DNA of 64,000 bases from Ignavibacteriaceae bacterium (GTDB taxonomy: Bacteria > Bacteroidota > Ignavibacteria > Ignavibacteriales > Ignavibacteriaceae). The notes beneath the pieces are model-generated. The model was not told where the DNA came from and made no database searches. It saw nothing but the letters and a program-made list of their open reading frames with translations. Shown here one piece after another: positions 55,501 to 64,000 of the stretch. The DNA is taken from assembly GCA_046705645.1 (NCBI GenBank), contig JBJKQE010000063.1, forward strand, positions 12,486 through 76,485, read 5' to 3'. The number at the start of each line of letters is the position of its first letter. Position 1 is the stretch's first letter. The translations under genes and the position numbers were made by a program.

Positions 55501-55809
55501 AAAATTATCCGGTATGGAATTTAGATTATTAGGATTATTTTTATAAACAGTGAAGCTGTAACCGTCGTATTTATCAAGTCCGTCTTCAGTTGCAAACCAC
55601 ATATATCCCTGCTTATCCTGTAAGATATAATGTATTGTATTTTGGGATAAACCTTTATCGCTTAGTATACGTTCGAAGCTAAGATCGGATGATTGTGCCT
55701 TTAGATTAATACAAATTATGGAATCCAGAACGAAAAGCAGCAAAAGAATCCACTTAAAAGAAAAATATCTTCCGAAATTTCTATGGACAAAAAAGTAAAA
55801 CAATTTCAT
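52576..55809 (-). CDS. Sensor histidine kinase with a periplasmic two-component-regulator beta-propeller array, a Y_Y_Y domain and a HisKA_3/HATPase core
   Basis: More than 12 repeats of the type N.v.si.eD..G.lWiGT..GL..f. One TM segment (WWFISLVVLFGGSFIILFISY), the H-box LAADLHDNIGSSL, and the ATPase region NGLDNIKRRAKAIGG. ATG 55809 (signal/TM peptide) is preferred over the track start 56010. Confidence 0.9.
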   Translation of the reverse strand: MKLFYFFVHRNFGRYFSFKWILLLLFVLDSIICINLKAQSSDLSFERILSDKGLSQNTIHYILQDKQGYMWFATEDGLDKYDGYSFTVYKNNPNNLNSIPDNFIWTLYEDKYGNLWIGTNSGGLSKFNTQTEKFINYGYKPNTPNSLSNNNVRAILEDNSGNLWIGMEGGGLDKFNIKKNIFTQFKHDPKNLNSLSNNEVLSLYADNSGILWIGTNDGINKFDTFNNKFTHYRYVPNNSNSLSNNVVLSIYRDRSGILWVGTLNGLNRFNEQENKFTRYLTGPNNSMDLNNSRINSILEDKYNVVWVGTGSGLFRFDNNKRNFINNNQLSKNSTNLSNNNILSLYENNSGLIWIGTAEDGIVKFDRERLKFRHYKHEPGNSNSLSYNTIRAIYQEKSGILWIGTLGGGLNIYDKSKNKFYHYKHNPNDQFSISDNSVSAISREKNGKFWVGTWGGGLNEVTNFSDGNLNNLKFKHFNHTDSDSSSLSDNIIQSVYEDSHGRLWVGTNYGLNLYDEKKQCFINFINNPKDSNSISNNLVQSCIHEDKNGNLWVGTWDGLNKIIVKSNVSAEDIKSTIKFIHYVNRPNDKFSLSNNRIISVYEDAQGNLWFGTFGGGLNELPLDQINKSNFGNAQFIRYSVKDELTSNIIYCILGDNEGNLWLSTDNGLSKFNPSTKGFRNYFESDGLQGNQFFWGAGYQGLNSELFFGGTNGVNAFFPSSLKDNKHIPPIVITSFQIFNKPVEIGAEDSPLKKAISDTKEIELSYNQNVFSFEFAALDFTSPYKNQYAYMMKGFDNNWIYSGNRRFVTYTNLDPGTYIFKVKGSNNDDVWNTQGVSLTIVILPPFWKTWWFISLVVLFGGSFIILFISYRLKHLLDIERFRTKLAADLHDNIGSSLTEISILSEVISKKLNNTAEDIKGNLKMISNNSRNLIDNMSDIVWLVNPKRDSLYDLILRLRDTYTELSSYASISFRSENIKPLEKVSLSMEHRQHLYLIFKEGINNCITHSSCTEISLDAFVKGKRLEMILKDNGIGFNVNEEFPGNGLDNIKRRAKAIGGAVDIISKKGEGTTLVFVGNII

Positions 55810-56133
55810 GAGGTAATTTATTAAAATTTCGATTAAAAATTGAGAATATTTAAATAAGTATATAGATATAATCTTGTCTATAAACTTATATAATTTAAGG
55901 TAAAATCTTAAAGAATCGTTCAAATCAATAGAATTTTGAAGACTTAAATTAATGATAGAAAATAATATTTTTATATATGAAAATTTGTAAATTCTATTTT
56001 CTAATTTCAATAATAAAAACGCGGCATGGCTAAATAATACATTACTTTAGAAATCTATAAGTAAGGATTAGGAGTACTTTAATTTTCTAAGTATTTAATT
56101 TCCAATTATTAAAATTTTTAAGCGAAAGTAAAA

Positions 56134-56679
56134 ATGAAAATTCTTGTCGGATCAAAAAACCCTGTTAAAATAGAAGCAGTTACAGAAGCCTTTTCAAAAT
56201 ATTTTAAAGACATTGATGTAATCGGTATAAGCGCAGATTCCAAAGTTTCCGCTCAACCGGTTAACGGTGAAACATTTGAAGGGGCAAAAAATAGAGCTAT
56301 GGAGTTAAAACAAATTAACAGACAAGAAAATCTAGGAGCCAATTTTTTTGTCGGCATTGAAGGAGGTATTGCTGAATTTTTCAATAAATGGTTTGCATTT
56401 GGCTTAATGTGCATTATTAATGATGAAGAGAAAATCGGTTTCGGTACTTCACCTTTATTCGAACTTCCAAATTCTGTTACAAAAAAATTATTATCGGGAA
56501 TTGAACTCGGCGAGGTTATGGATAACCTGACAGGAGATCATAATACAAAACAAAAATCCGGAGCTATAGGTTATTTTACAAACGGAGTAATGGATAGGAA
56601 ATCATTATACGTCCCCGGGCTTATTACAGCTTTAATTCCTTTCCTTCACCAGGAAATTTTCTTCGGCGAGACAGCCTAA
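56134..56679 (+). CDS. yjjX: Inosine/xanthosine triphosphatase (YjjX / DUF84 family)
   Basis: MKILVGSKNPVKIEAV...SKVSAQPVNGETFEGAKNRA...GIEGG matches the YjjX pattern. Confidence 0.8.
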   Translation: MKILVGSKNPVKIEAVTEAFSKYFKDIDVIGISADSKVSAQPVNGETFEGAKNRAMELKQINRQENLGANFFVGIEGGIAEFFNKWFAFGLMCIINDEEKIGFGTSPLFELPNSVTKKLLSGIELGEVMDNLTGDHNTKQKSGAIGYFTNGVMDRKSLYVPGLITALIPFLHQEIFFGETA

Positions 56680-56859
56680 TAAAAAGAGTATACTTATAGA
56701 ATTTATTAAATCTTAAATAAATTATGTTCGACAAATGATTCTTAATCTTTTCTTAATCATAATCTCATTCAAATATAAATATCGATAGAAAATAATTACG
56801 ATTAAGATTACACAATTACGTAACAAGTGTTAATTAAATAAATTAATATATAAAATAAG

Positions 56860-57624
56860 ATGTGTTTATTGCTGGTTTCATATAAGACTCATCCCAAATA
56901 CAAAATAATCATTGCAGCAAACCGTGATGAATTTTATAACCGCCCGGCAGCTCCTGCTGAATTTTGGATTGATGAACCGGATATGTTATCCGGCAAGGAT
57001 TTAAAGGCCGGAGGAACCTGGCTCGGCATAACAAAGAAAGGAAGATTTGCTTCAATAACAAATTACCGTGATCCTAAAACAATGAAGGTGAACGCACCTA
57101 CAAGAGGCGAACTAGTAACTAATTTTTTAAGAGGTGATGATTCTCCATTGGAATATTCAAAGAAGCTTCTATCATCCGCAGATTTGTACAATGGATATAA
57201 TTTATTATTTGCAGATAAAGAAAGCTTCAATTATTTCTCAAATCAAACTAAAAAATTATTGGTGCTTTCGTCCGGAATTTACGGGTTAAGTAATCATTTA
57301 TTAGACACTCCGTGGCCGAAAGTAGAGAAGAGTAAAAAATCTTTTAAAAATATTTTAAATGAAGAGCACATTTCTTCCGATAATTTGTTTGCTATTTTAT
57401 CCGACTCATCAATGCCACCGGATGAATTACTCCCTGATACTGGAATCGGATTGGAAATTGAAAGAGCAGTTTCTCCGATTTTTGTTAAAACACCTATTTA
57501 CGGAACCAGATCATCAACAGTAATATTGATTGATTATAATGGGAATGTAACATTCACCGAAAAATCTTTAATTAATGATTCAAAAGACTGGTTACCCAAA
57601 TCATTTCAATTTAAATTTATTTAA
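56860..57624 (+). CDS. NRDE-family (TANGO2-like, DUF833) protein
   Basis: MCLLLVSYK...IIAANRDEFYNRP contains the N-terminal Cys and the NRDE motif. Confidence 0.8.
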   Translation: MCLLLVSYKTHPKYKIIIAANRDEFYNRPAAPAEFWIDEPDMLSGKDLKAGGTWLGITKKGRFASITNYRDPKTMKVNAPTRGELVTNFLRGDDSPLEYSKKLLSSADLYNGYNLLFADKESFNYFSNQTKKLLVLSSGIYGLSNHLLDTPWPKVEKSKKSFKNILNEEHISSDNLFAILSDSSMPPDELLPDTGIGLEIERAVSPIFVKTPIYGTRSSTVILIDYNGNVTFTEKSLINDSKDWLPKSFQFKFI

Positions 57625-57820
57625 ACTGAAATAATAGTTACAACGTCCATTTTCCGGTTATAGAAGTCTTTTGTCATAATTTAGCGGGAATTTTTTTATT
57701 TTTAGCATTACAAAAGAATCGAATCATATTACAGAAAATATAACTTATACAATACATTCAACATAATTTTTTGTATTAAATTATATTGATTGAAAATTTT
57801 AAAAACTCCGGAGTTTTATT

Positions 57821-58837
57821 ATGAAAATTATTGAATGCGTACCAAACTTCAGCGAGGGTAAAAACGAGGAAACTTTTATACAAATGAAGGAATCTCTTGC
57901 CGGGATTAAAGGCTGCAAGCTCTTAAGTCTTGAACCGGATGCCGACTATAACCGTGTAGTTGTTACACTCGCAGGCGATGATTCCGGTATAATTGACGGG
58001 GCAATCGCAATAAGTAAATCTGCTGCTTCCAATATAGATATGAGATTACATAAAGGGGAACATCCAAGGCTCGGTGCAATAGACGTAGTTCCATTTGTTC
58101 CGGTAAAGGACTCAACAATGGAAGACTGCGTTAAAATATCCGAAACTTACGCAGATCATATATCAAAGGAATTGAATATACCGGTTTACCTTTATGAATT
58201 TGCTGCTAGAAGAAAGGAAAGGAAAAATCTATCCGATATAAGAAAAGGCGAATATGAAGGCCTTGAAGAAAAATTAAAAGATCCTGAATGGCAGCCTGAT
58301 TTTGGCTCAAATCATTTTAATTCCAAACTTGGAGCAATTGTTACCGGCGCAAGGTTTTTTCTGGTTGCCTATAATGTTAATATAAAATCTGAAGATGTAA
58401 AATACGCAAAAGAGATCGGCGAAATATTACGGGAATCGGGCAGAGCAAAACGTGATGAAAACGGAAAGGTAATAAAATTAAATGGAGAAAATGTTAAAGA
58501 GCCGGGAAGATTAAAAAGTGTCAAAGGTATGGGTGTACTTCTGGAGAAATACAAAATCACCCAGGTTTCGATGAATTTAACTAATTATAATGTAACACCG
58601 ATTCATGTTGCATTTGAAGAAGTTAAAAAGGAAGCAAACCGTTTAGGAGTTGAGGTTACCGGGAGCGAAATCGTGGGGCTTGTACCATTGGAAGCCTTGA
58701 TGCAAGCAGGTAAATTTTATTCCGATGGGAAATACACTGATGAAAAATCGCTCGTTGATCTGGCTATAGAGAAATTGGGGCTAAGTAATTTGAATCAGTT
58801 TCATAAAAACGAAAAAATAATCGATTATATGATTTGA
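57821..58837 (+). CDS. Glutamate formimidoyltransferase (FtcD N-terminal-type, stand-alone)
   Basis: MKIIECVPNFSEGKN...DADYNRVVVTL...HPRLGAIDVVPFVP. Confidence 0.85.
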   Translation: MKIIECVPNFSEGKNEETFIQMKESLAGIKGCKLLSLEPDADYNRVVVTLAGDDSGIIDGAIAISKSAASNIDMRLHKGEHPRLGAIDVVPFVPVKDSTMEDCVKISETYADHISKELNIPVYLYEFAARRKERKNLSDIRKGEYEGLEEKLKDPEWQPDFGSNHFNSKLGAIVTGARFFLVAYNVNIKSEDVKYAKEIGEILRESGRAKRDENGKVIKLNGENVKEPGRLKSVKGMGVLLEKYKITQVSMNLTNYNVTPIHVAFEEVKKEANRLGVEVTGSEIVGLVPLEALMQAGKFYSDGKYTDEKSLVDLAIEKLGLSNLNQFHKNEKIIDYMI

Positions 58838-59020
58838 CTAAATAATAAGTTTTTAAATTGTAAAAGGAACTACTTTTAATCTTTGTATGACTCTTTGTAT
58901 CCTCAGTGTAATTCTTAAAAAACAGTAACACAGAGTTGCACAAAGTAAGCACTAAGCTCCACATAGATTTTTCAATTTCTTTCAAGAATTAATCTTTAAT
59001 TCAAATATTAAAAGGCAATT

Positions 59021-59653
59021 ATGGACTTACAAAAATCTTTACAAAACTATTTGAATGATTTATCATCAAATTCTCCGACACCCGGCGGCGGAAATGTAGC
59101 TGCGCTGTGCGGAGTTTTAGCTTCTTCACTCGGACAAATGGTCTGCAATTTAACAATCGGCAAAAAGAAATATCAGGAATTTGAAACAGAAGCAATGGAT
59201 ATTTCAGATAAATTAAAAGAATTGCAGGAACATTTTCTTATACTGGCAAAAAAGGATAACGATGCATTCGATTGTGTAATGCAAGCATTCAAACTTCCGA
59301 AAGAAACTGATATCGAAAAATCATATCGAAAAAATGAAATCGAGAAAGCAACTATGGAGGCTGCAATTGTCCCGTCGGAAGTGATAATAAAATGCAATCA
59401 GCTTCTTCCTTACCTTGATACAATTTCACAAAAAGGCAATCAAAACTCCTTATCTGATGCCGGCGTAGCAATTTCATTAACTGCAACCGCTGCCGAAGGT
59501 GCATTTCTAAATGTTGCTATTAATTGTTCAGGGCTATCGAATCAAATAGCTGCCAAAGAATTTTTAAAGAAATCTGAAATTACTTACTTTGAAATAAAAC
59601 AATACTCGGAAACTCTTATTAAGAAAATTATTAATTCAATGGTGCAGTATTAA
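59021..59653 (+). CDS. Formiminotetrahydrofolate cyclodeaminase / cyclohydrolase-family protein
   Basis: SPTPGGGNVAALCGVLASSLGQMVCNLTIGKKKY is the family signature. Confidence 0.8.
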   Translation: MDLQKSLQNYLNDLSSNSPTPGGGNVAALCGVLASSLGQMVCNLTIGKKKYQEFETEAMDISDKLKELQEHFLILAKKDNDAFDCVMQAFKLPKETDIEKSYRKNEIEKATMEAAIVPSEVIIKCNQLLPYLDTISQKGNQNSLSDAGVAISLTATAAEGAFLNVAINCSGLSNQIAAKEFLKKSEITYFEIKQYSETLIKKIINSMVQY

Positions 59654-59872
59654 TTAAATGGATCTGTTTAATTAAATTATATTCGATTGATTTCTTACCG
59701 TTAAGGTTGAATTTCTCCTGCCATATTCCTGCTTAAAAGATTAGTTAAGTCTACCAATATTATTTTTTATTTTGTACATTTGACCCTTATAAAAACAGCA
59801 AATGCAATTAAATCTTCAAGATAATTAGTTTCATCAAATATCTTAACCCGTTTAATAATATTAGAGGTAAAA

Positions 59873-61558
59873 ATGAAGGAAGGCTTAAACAAATACAGTA
59901 AAAGATTAACTCAAGCACGTTCTCAAGTAGGTTCGCAGGCAATGCTGCATGGCATAGGTTTAACGGATGAGGATTTTAAAAAGCCTCAAGTCGGAATTGC
60001 AAGTATGGGCTGGGAAGGAAACACTTGCAACATGCACTTAAATGATCTGGCAAAGCTTGTTAAGAAAGGCGTTGTGGATGCAGGCCTTATCGGATTAATC
60101 TTTCATACAATTGGCGTAAGCGACGGCATTGCAATGGGGACGGAAGGTATGAAATACTCCCTTCCTTCAAGAGATATTATTGCAGACTCTATTGAAACCG
60201 TTATGGGTGCACAATTTTATGATGCTTTGATTGCAATCCCCGGATGCGATAAAAACATGCCTGGTTCGGTTATGGCAATGGCAAGACTTAACAGGCCCAG
60301 CATTATGATATACGGCGGAACTATCAGAGCCGGATTTTACAACGGGAAAAAGCTGGACATTGTTTCCGCTTTCGAAGCTTACGGACAATATCTATCCAAA
60401 GAATTTACCGAAACAGATCTTGAAAATGTTCTTCACCATGCTTGTCCGGGTGCAGGCGCATGCGGCGGAATGTATACCGCAAATACTATGGCTTCAGCTA
60501 TTGAAACACTTGGAATGAGTCTCCCGTTTAGTTCTTCGTGTCCTGCGAACAGCGACCAAAAAGCTAAAGAATGTTATGAAACCGGTAAAGCAATTTTAAA
60601 TTTAATGGAAATGGATTTAAAGCCACGAGATATTATGACAAAGAAAGCCTTTGAAAATGCAATATCAGTGGTAATTGCTTTAGGAGGTTCTACTAATGCG
60701 GCTCTTCATCTTATAGCAATGGCAAAAGCTGCGAGAGTAGAATTAACGTTAAAAGATTTCCAGGATATTTCCGATCGTACTCCTTATATTGCAGATTTAA
60801 AACCCAGCGGCAAATATGTAATGGAAGATTTATATGAGATCGGCGGAGTTCCTGCAGTTCAAAAATTATTATTAAGGGAAGGGTTCCTGGATGGAAATTG
60901 CATAACAGTTACTGGAAAAACTTTGGGAGAAAATATCGAAACAGCACCGGATTTAAAAGACGGACAAAAAATAATTTTCCCGTTAAGTTCGCCGATCAAG
61001 AAAACAGGTCACCTTCAAATACTTTATGGTAATCTGGCTGAAGAAGGAGCAGTAGCAAAAATTACCGGGAAAGAGGGATTAAATTTTTCAGGCCCGGCTA
61101 AAGTTTACAATTCCGAAGAGGAAACATTAAAAGCAATTGAGAAAAAAGAAATCTCAGCCGGAGATGTAATTGTTATCAGATACGAAGGCCCAAAAGGCGG
61201 ACCCGGCATGCGCGAGATGCTTGAAATAACTGCCGCAATTATGGGTGCCGGTTTGGGTAAAAGCGTAGCCCTAATTACCGATGGCAGATTTTCCGGTGGA
61301 ACTCACGGATTTGTAGTAGGTCATATAACACCGGAAGCACAGACCGGGGGAAATATTGCATTGATAGAGAATGGAGATGTTATAATTATTGATGCGGAAA
61401 AGAATACATTGAATGTAGATGTTCCTGAAAAAATTTTAGAAGAGCGCCGTAAAAATTGGAAACAACCGCAGTTAAAATTTTCTAGCGGCATTTTATATAA
61501 ATATGTAAAAAATGTTTCTTCGGCAACAGAAGGATGCGTAACTGACGAGAGGCTTTAG
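59873..61558 (+). CDS. ilvD: Dihydroxy-acid dehydratase
   Basis: [24 protein letters not shown] (Fe-S ligands), [13 protein letters not shown]. Confidence 0.95.
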   Translation: MKEGLNKYSKRLTQARSQVGSQAMLHGIGLTDEDFKKPQVGIASMGWEGNTCNMHLNDLAKLVKKGVVDAGLIGLIFHTIGVSDGIAMGTEGMKYSLPSRDIIADSIETVMGAQFYDALIAIPGCDKNMPGSVMAMARLNRPSIMIYGGTIRAGFYNGKKLDIVSAFEAYGQYLSKEFTETDLENVLHHACPGAGACGGMYTANTMASAIETLGMSLPFSSSCPANSDQKAKECYETGKAILNLMEMDLKPRDIMTKKAFENAISVVIALGGSTNAALHLIAMAKAARVELTLKDFQDISDRTPYIADLKPSGKYVMEDLYEIGGVPAVQKLLLREGFLDGNCITVTGKTLGENIETAPDLKDGQKIIFPLSSPIKKTGHLQILYGNLAEEGAVAKITGKEGLNFSGPAKVYNSEEETLKAIEKKEISAGDVIVIRYEGPKGGPGMREMLEITAAIMGAGLGKSVALITDGRFSGGTHGFVVGHITPEAQTGGNIALIENGDVIIIDAEKNTLNVDVPEKILEERRKNWKQPQLKFSSGILYKYVKNVSSATEGCVTDERL

Positions 61559-61753
61559 TCTAATCGTTAACAAATGATTGCATGATATCTGTGAAAATGC
61601 TTACATGCAAAAATGAATCCTTGCATATTTTCCGAGTGAAATTACCTAATAATATTCTCTGCCAAATTCAAAAGGAGCTGATACTTAACTAACGATTTCT
61701 TTATTATTGTTTCTCCGGTTTGTTAACATATTTCTAATAAAAAAGGAGGAAGT

Positions 61754-62263
61754 ATGAGCAGCAGCAGCAAATACTTAATAGCATCGATTATTGTTATTGC
61801 CGCGATTTTGATTATTATAAATGTTCAACATAACAAGAAAGATGGAAGCAGTCTTTTCGAAAAATACAGACAATCCCTAATTAAAGCAGATAATGATTTT
61901 TATGAATATTCTACTGAAAATGGTACAGGAAGAGCTTTTATTGATTTTGCGGATGACAGTGTAATTTTATTAAGACAGCAGCAATACCCGATAATTAGTA
62001 AGAATGAATTAGTAAAACATTATTTAAATCGTGATAATGAAATAACTCCTCTAAAATGGAAACCTATTAAGGCTGTTGCATCCTTGGACGGCAGCCTTGG
62101 ATTTACTTTCGGGAAATGGGAATACAAGGATATTGACAAGAATGGGAAAAAAACAACTAGTTACGGGAATTATGTAACCATATGGAAGAAGCAAAAAGAC
62201 GGCACTTGGAAATATGTACTTGATGGCGGCAGCACAACTCCTCCGCCCGGCACAAATAATTGA
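61754..62263 (+). CDS. Membrane-anchored or secreted DUF4440 / SnoaL-like (NTF2-fold) protein
   Basis: N-terminal hydrophobic segment, with the C-terminal GNYVTIWKKQKDGTWKYVLDGG typical of DUF4440. Confidence 0.6.
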   Translation: MSSSSKYLIASIIVIAAILIIINVQHNKKDGSSLFEKYRQSLIKADNDFYEYSTENGTGRAFIDFADDSVILLRQQQYPIISKNELVKHYLNRDNEITPLKWKPIKAVASLDGSLGFTFGKWEYKDIDKNGKKTTSYGNYVTIWKKQKDGTWKYVLDGGSTTPPPGTNN

Positions 62264-62432
62264 TAAAACAGAATTACACCAATATTTAAAATTTAGTTAA
62301 ATAATACTTTTCCATTATTTTAGCACTCCGATACTTTGCCCCAAAACAAAATTGTAAAGTTTATTTTTTAATATCTAATTACTTTTAATTATTTTCCGTT
62401 TCAGTTTTTAAAAATTTCATATTTACGGATTT

Positions 62433-63203
62433 ATGAATCTAAAACTTATTTTTATAAGCACACAAATAATTTTCTTTACATCAATTTTATTCCCTCAAGC
62501 CGACAAAGGATATTTAGCACAAGGTGATAAGTATACTGCAGAGTTTGATAATCTTAACGCTGTTAAAAGTTATGATGAAGCATATAAAATTTCTCCGAAC
62601 AGCTATGATGTTTTAACGAGAATAACACTTGCATATAACGATGAAGGAGAAGAACTCCTCGATCTAAAAAAAAGAGATGAAGCTAAAGGCTATATTGATC
62701 AGGCAATAAAATATGCAGAAATATTAAATAAAAAATTTCCGGATAGTGCTCTTTCCTATACCTACCTGGCATTAACATACGGGAACATGGCAATTTTTAA
62801 AGGAGGCAAAGATAAAATTATTTATGCGGAAAAAGTCAAGCAGAACGCACTCAAATCAATTAAAATTAATCCGGATGATTATTTCCCGTATATAATTTTG
62901 GGAATGTATTACAGAGAAGCAGCCGGCTTATCATGGTTTGAAAAAATTTTTGCTAAAACTTTTTTAGGCGGAGTTCCCGAAGGTACTTACAAGCAATCAA
63001 TCCAAATGTTCGGCAAGGCTTTGGCCTTAGATTCAAATTTAATTGTTGCAGATTACCAGCTTTCCAAAACTTATAGAAATATGGACGAAAAAGATAAAGA
63101 AATTAAATTATTGAAGAAGGTTTTAACTATGCATGTTAGAAATTTCAGAGATAAGTATGCAATTATAAAAGCAAAGAATCGATTAGAAAAGCTGATTAAT
63201 TAA
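62433..63203 (+). CDS. Secreted tetratricopeptide-repeat protein
   Basis: Signal peptide followed by TPR-like helical repeats (AVKSYDEAYKISPNSYDVL, ALSYTYLALTYGNMA). Confidence 0.65.
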   Translation: MNLKLIFISTQIIFFTSILFPQADKGYLAQGDKYTAEFDNLNAVKSYDEAYKISPNSYDVLTRITLAYNDEGEELLDLKKRDEAKGYIDQAIKYAEILNKKFPDSALSYTYLALTYGNMAIFKGGKDKIIYAEKVKQNALKSIKINPDDYFPYIILGMYYREAAGLSWFEKIFAKTFLGGVPEGTYKQSIQMFGKALALDSNLIVADYQLSKTYRNMDEKDKEIKLLKKVLTMHVRNFRDKYAIIKAKNRLEKLIN

Positions 63204-63242
63204 ACTTAAATATTCGGACAAATAAATTTTTCAATTTAATAA

Positions 63243-63279
63243 TAAACGGCGACTACCTTAAATTGTAATCGCCGTTTTT
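63243..63279 (+). terminator. Rho-independent terminator
   Basis: aaacggcga...tcgccgttt is a 9-bp stem with a further internal tac/gta pairing. It is followed by tttttt. Confidence 0.75.
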
Positions 63280-63320
63280 TATTTTAGATTTTACATATTA
63301 AAATGCCAAAGGAATGACAT

Positions 63321-64000
63321 CTACTTCATTAATAACATCTTTTGTGTTTGAATTTGACTTCCCTGCTTTAGTTGATAGAAGTAAATTCCCGAAGCAAGAT
63401 TTGAAGCATTAAAGTTTACTGAATAAACTTGTCCGGCATCAGTCTGAGAATTAAATAAAGTTGCTACTTCCTGTCCCAGAGCATTATAAATTTTTAATGT
63501 AGATATACCGGATTTTGCTACTGTGAATTTAATTGTAGTAGAAGGATTGAAAGGATTAGGATAATTCTGTTCTAATGAAAACTGTGTTGGTAAAGAAGCA
63601 TTAGTCTCAACAGTTTTTGAATACTCGTATGTTCCGTTCAAGTCAATTTGTTTTAAGCGATAAAAATAAACATTTGCGCTACCAGCATTATCCGAATAAT
63701 TATAAAAACTTGGTTTTGTGGTAGTGCCATGGCCTTGTACGAAAGCAATTTTAGTAAAATTTTTTCCATCGGTAGAACGCTGAACTTCAAATCCTAAATT
63801 ATTTTTTTCTGTTGCTGTTTGCCAGATTAATTCAACTTTGTCGCCAACCTGCTTTGCTAAGAATGAAGTTAATTCCACTGGTAAAGTCTCACTCCACACA
63901 GTTGAAACCCTGATACCGTCAACTACAACTGCCACGGAGTTAGATGAACTTCCCTGCCTCAAAGCAATAGCATTAACCGAATCTTGTCCTAAAGTTGTAT
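63321..64000 (-). CDS. T9SS cargo protein, partial (N-terminus beyond the window end)
   Basis: The frame stays open to position 64000 upstream of the track's TTG. It contains VELTSFLAKQVGDKVELIWQTATEKNNLGFEVQRS and the C-terminus QNYPNPFNPSTTIKF...GIYFYQLKQGSQIQTQKMLLMK. Confidence 0.8.
   Translation of the reverse strand, partial: TTLGQDSVNAIALRQGSSSNSVAVVVDGIRVSTVWSETLPVELTSFLAKQVGDKVELIWQTATEKNNLGFEVQRSTDGKNFTKIAFVQGHGTTTKPSFYNYSDNAGSANVYFYRLKQIDLNGTYEYSKTVETNASLPTQFSLEQNYPNPFNPSTTIKFTVAKSGISTLKIYNALGQEVATLFNSQTDAGQVYSVNFNASNLASGIYFYQLKQGSQIQTQKMLLMK

Noticed and set aside
55810-56010. N-terminal 67-codon extension of the propeller kinase ORF (track start 56010).
   Set aside because: The extension is low-complexity (IKILFSIINLSLQNS...) and precedes a good signal/TM peptide beginning at ATG 55809. 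It is most likely untranslated leader.
1-64000. CRISPR arrays, rRNA genes, integrases, prophage blocks and classical defense operons (restriction-modification, CBASS, retron and similar).
   Set aside because: I found no evenly spaced direct repeats, no rRNA-like GC-rich stretches, and no recombinase, methyltransferase-restriction or nucleotidyltransferase gene signatures. The only mobile or accessory signals are the RAYT-like gene with its palindrome and the RhuM-Fic/Doc gene.

Overview
This is an AT-rich bacterial chromosomal window with dense coding on both strands. I found no rRNA, CRISPR array, integrase or prophage. All family calls come from reading motifs in the supplied translations, because no searches could be run.

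Lineage: five proteins carry a type IX secretion C-terminal sorting domain (NYPNPFNPST motif). Together with a SusC/SusD/SusE-like locus, bshA and a sigma-54 regulator, this points to the FCB superphylum, plausibly Ignavibacteria-like. That placement is low-confidence inference.

Gene content from left to right:
- PAS histidine kinase plus a sigma-54 response regulator.
- A PEBP-family protein.
- A RecD2-like helicase broken by one in-frame TGA.
- A phosphofructokinase with the PPi-type signature.
- CBM48 and ferredoxin genes.
- A CE4 deacetylase with a dockerin-like tail.
- An orphan hydrogenase-maturation-type protease.
- A decayed GH3 relic abutting an intact GH3 gene.
- A frameshifted, signal-peptide-bearing Memo-like gene.
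- An APC-family permease.
- A perfect 38-bp palindrome next to a REP-associated tyrosine transposase (RAYT)-like HUH gene that carries a degenerate internal copy of the palindrome and a premature TAA.
- A frameshifted RhuM-Fic/Doc gene.
- A 1460-aa double-activase / dehydratase-like fusion resembling anaerobic plasmalogen / ether-lipid synthases.
- Three T9SS cargo genes, two of which share a cohesin-like N-module.
- tRNA-Arg(CCT).
- A pfkB-rmlD-GH13 operon.
- A bshA operon.
- glnA with an Lrp-family regulator.
- An M14 peptidase and a GT2 glycosyltransferase.
- A starch-type Sus-like locus (GH13, susE-like, susD, susC), followed by two tandem NarL/LuxR response-regulator paralogs and a beta-propeller histidine kinase.
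- Housekeeping genes: yjjX, an NRDE-family gene, ftcD-type formimidoyltransferase and cyclodeaminase genes, and ilvD.

The most notable non-routine signals are:
- the PlsA/GeR-like megaprotein;
- the palindrome/RAYT pair;
- the cluster of point lesions in otherwise well-conserved genes;
- the duplicated regulator genes, each followed by a conserved non-coding block;
- a family of nested-palindrome intergenic elements.

No clear-cut new multi-gene system (for example a defense system) could be demonstrated from sequence alone.
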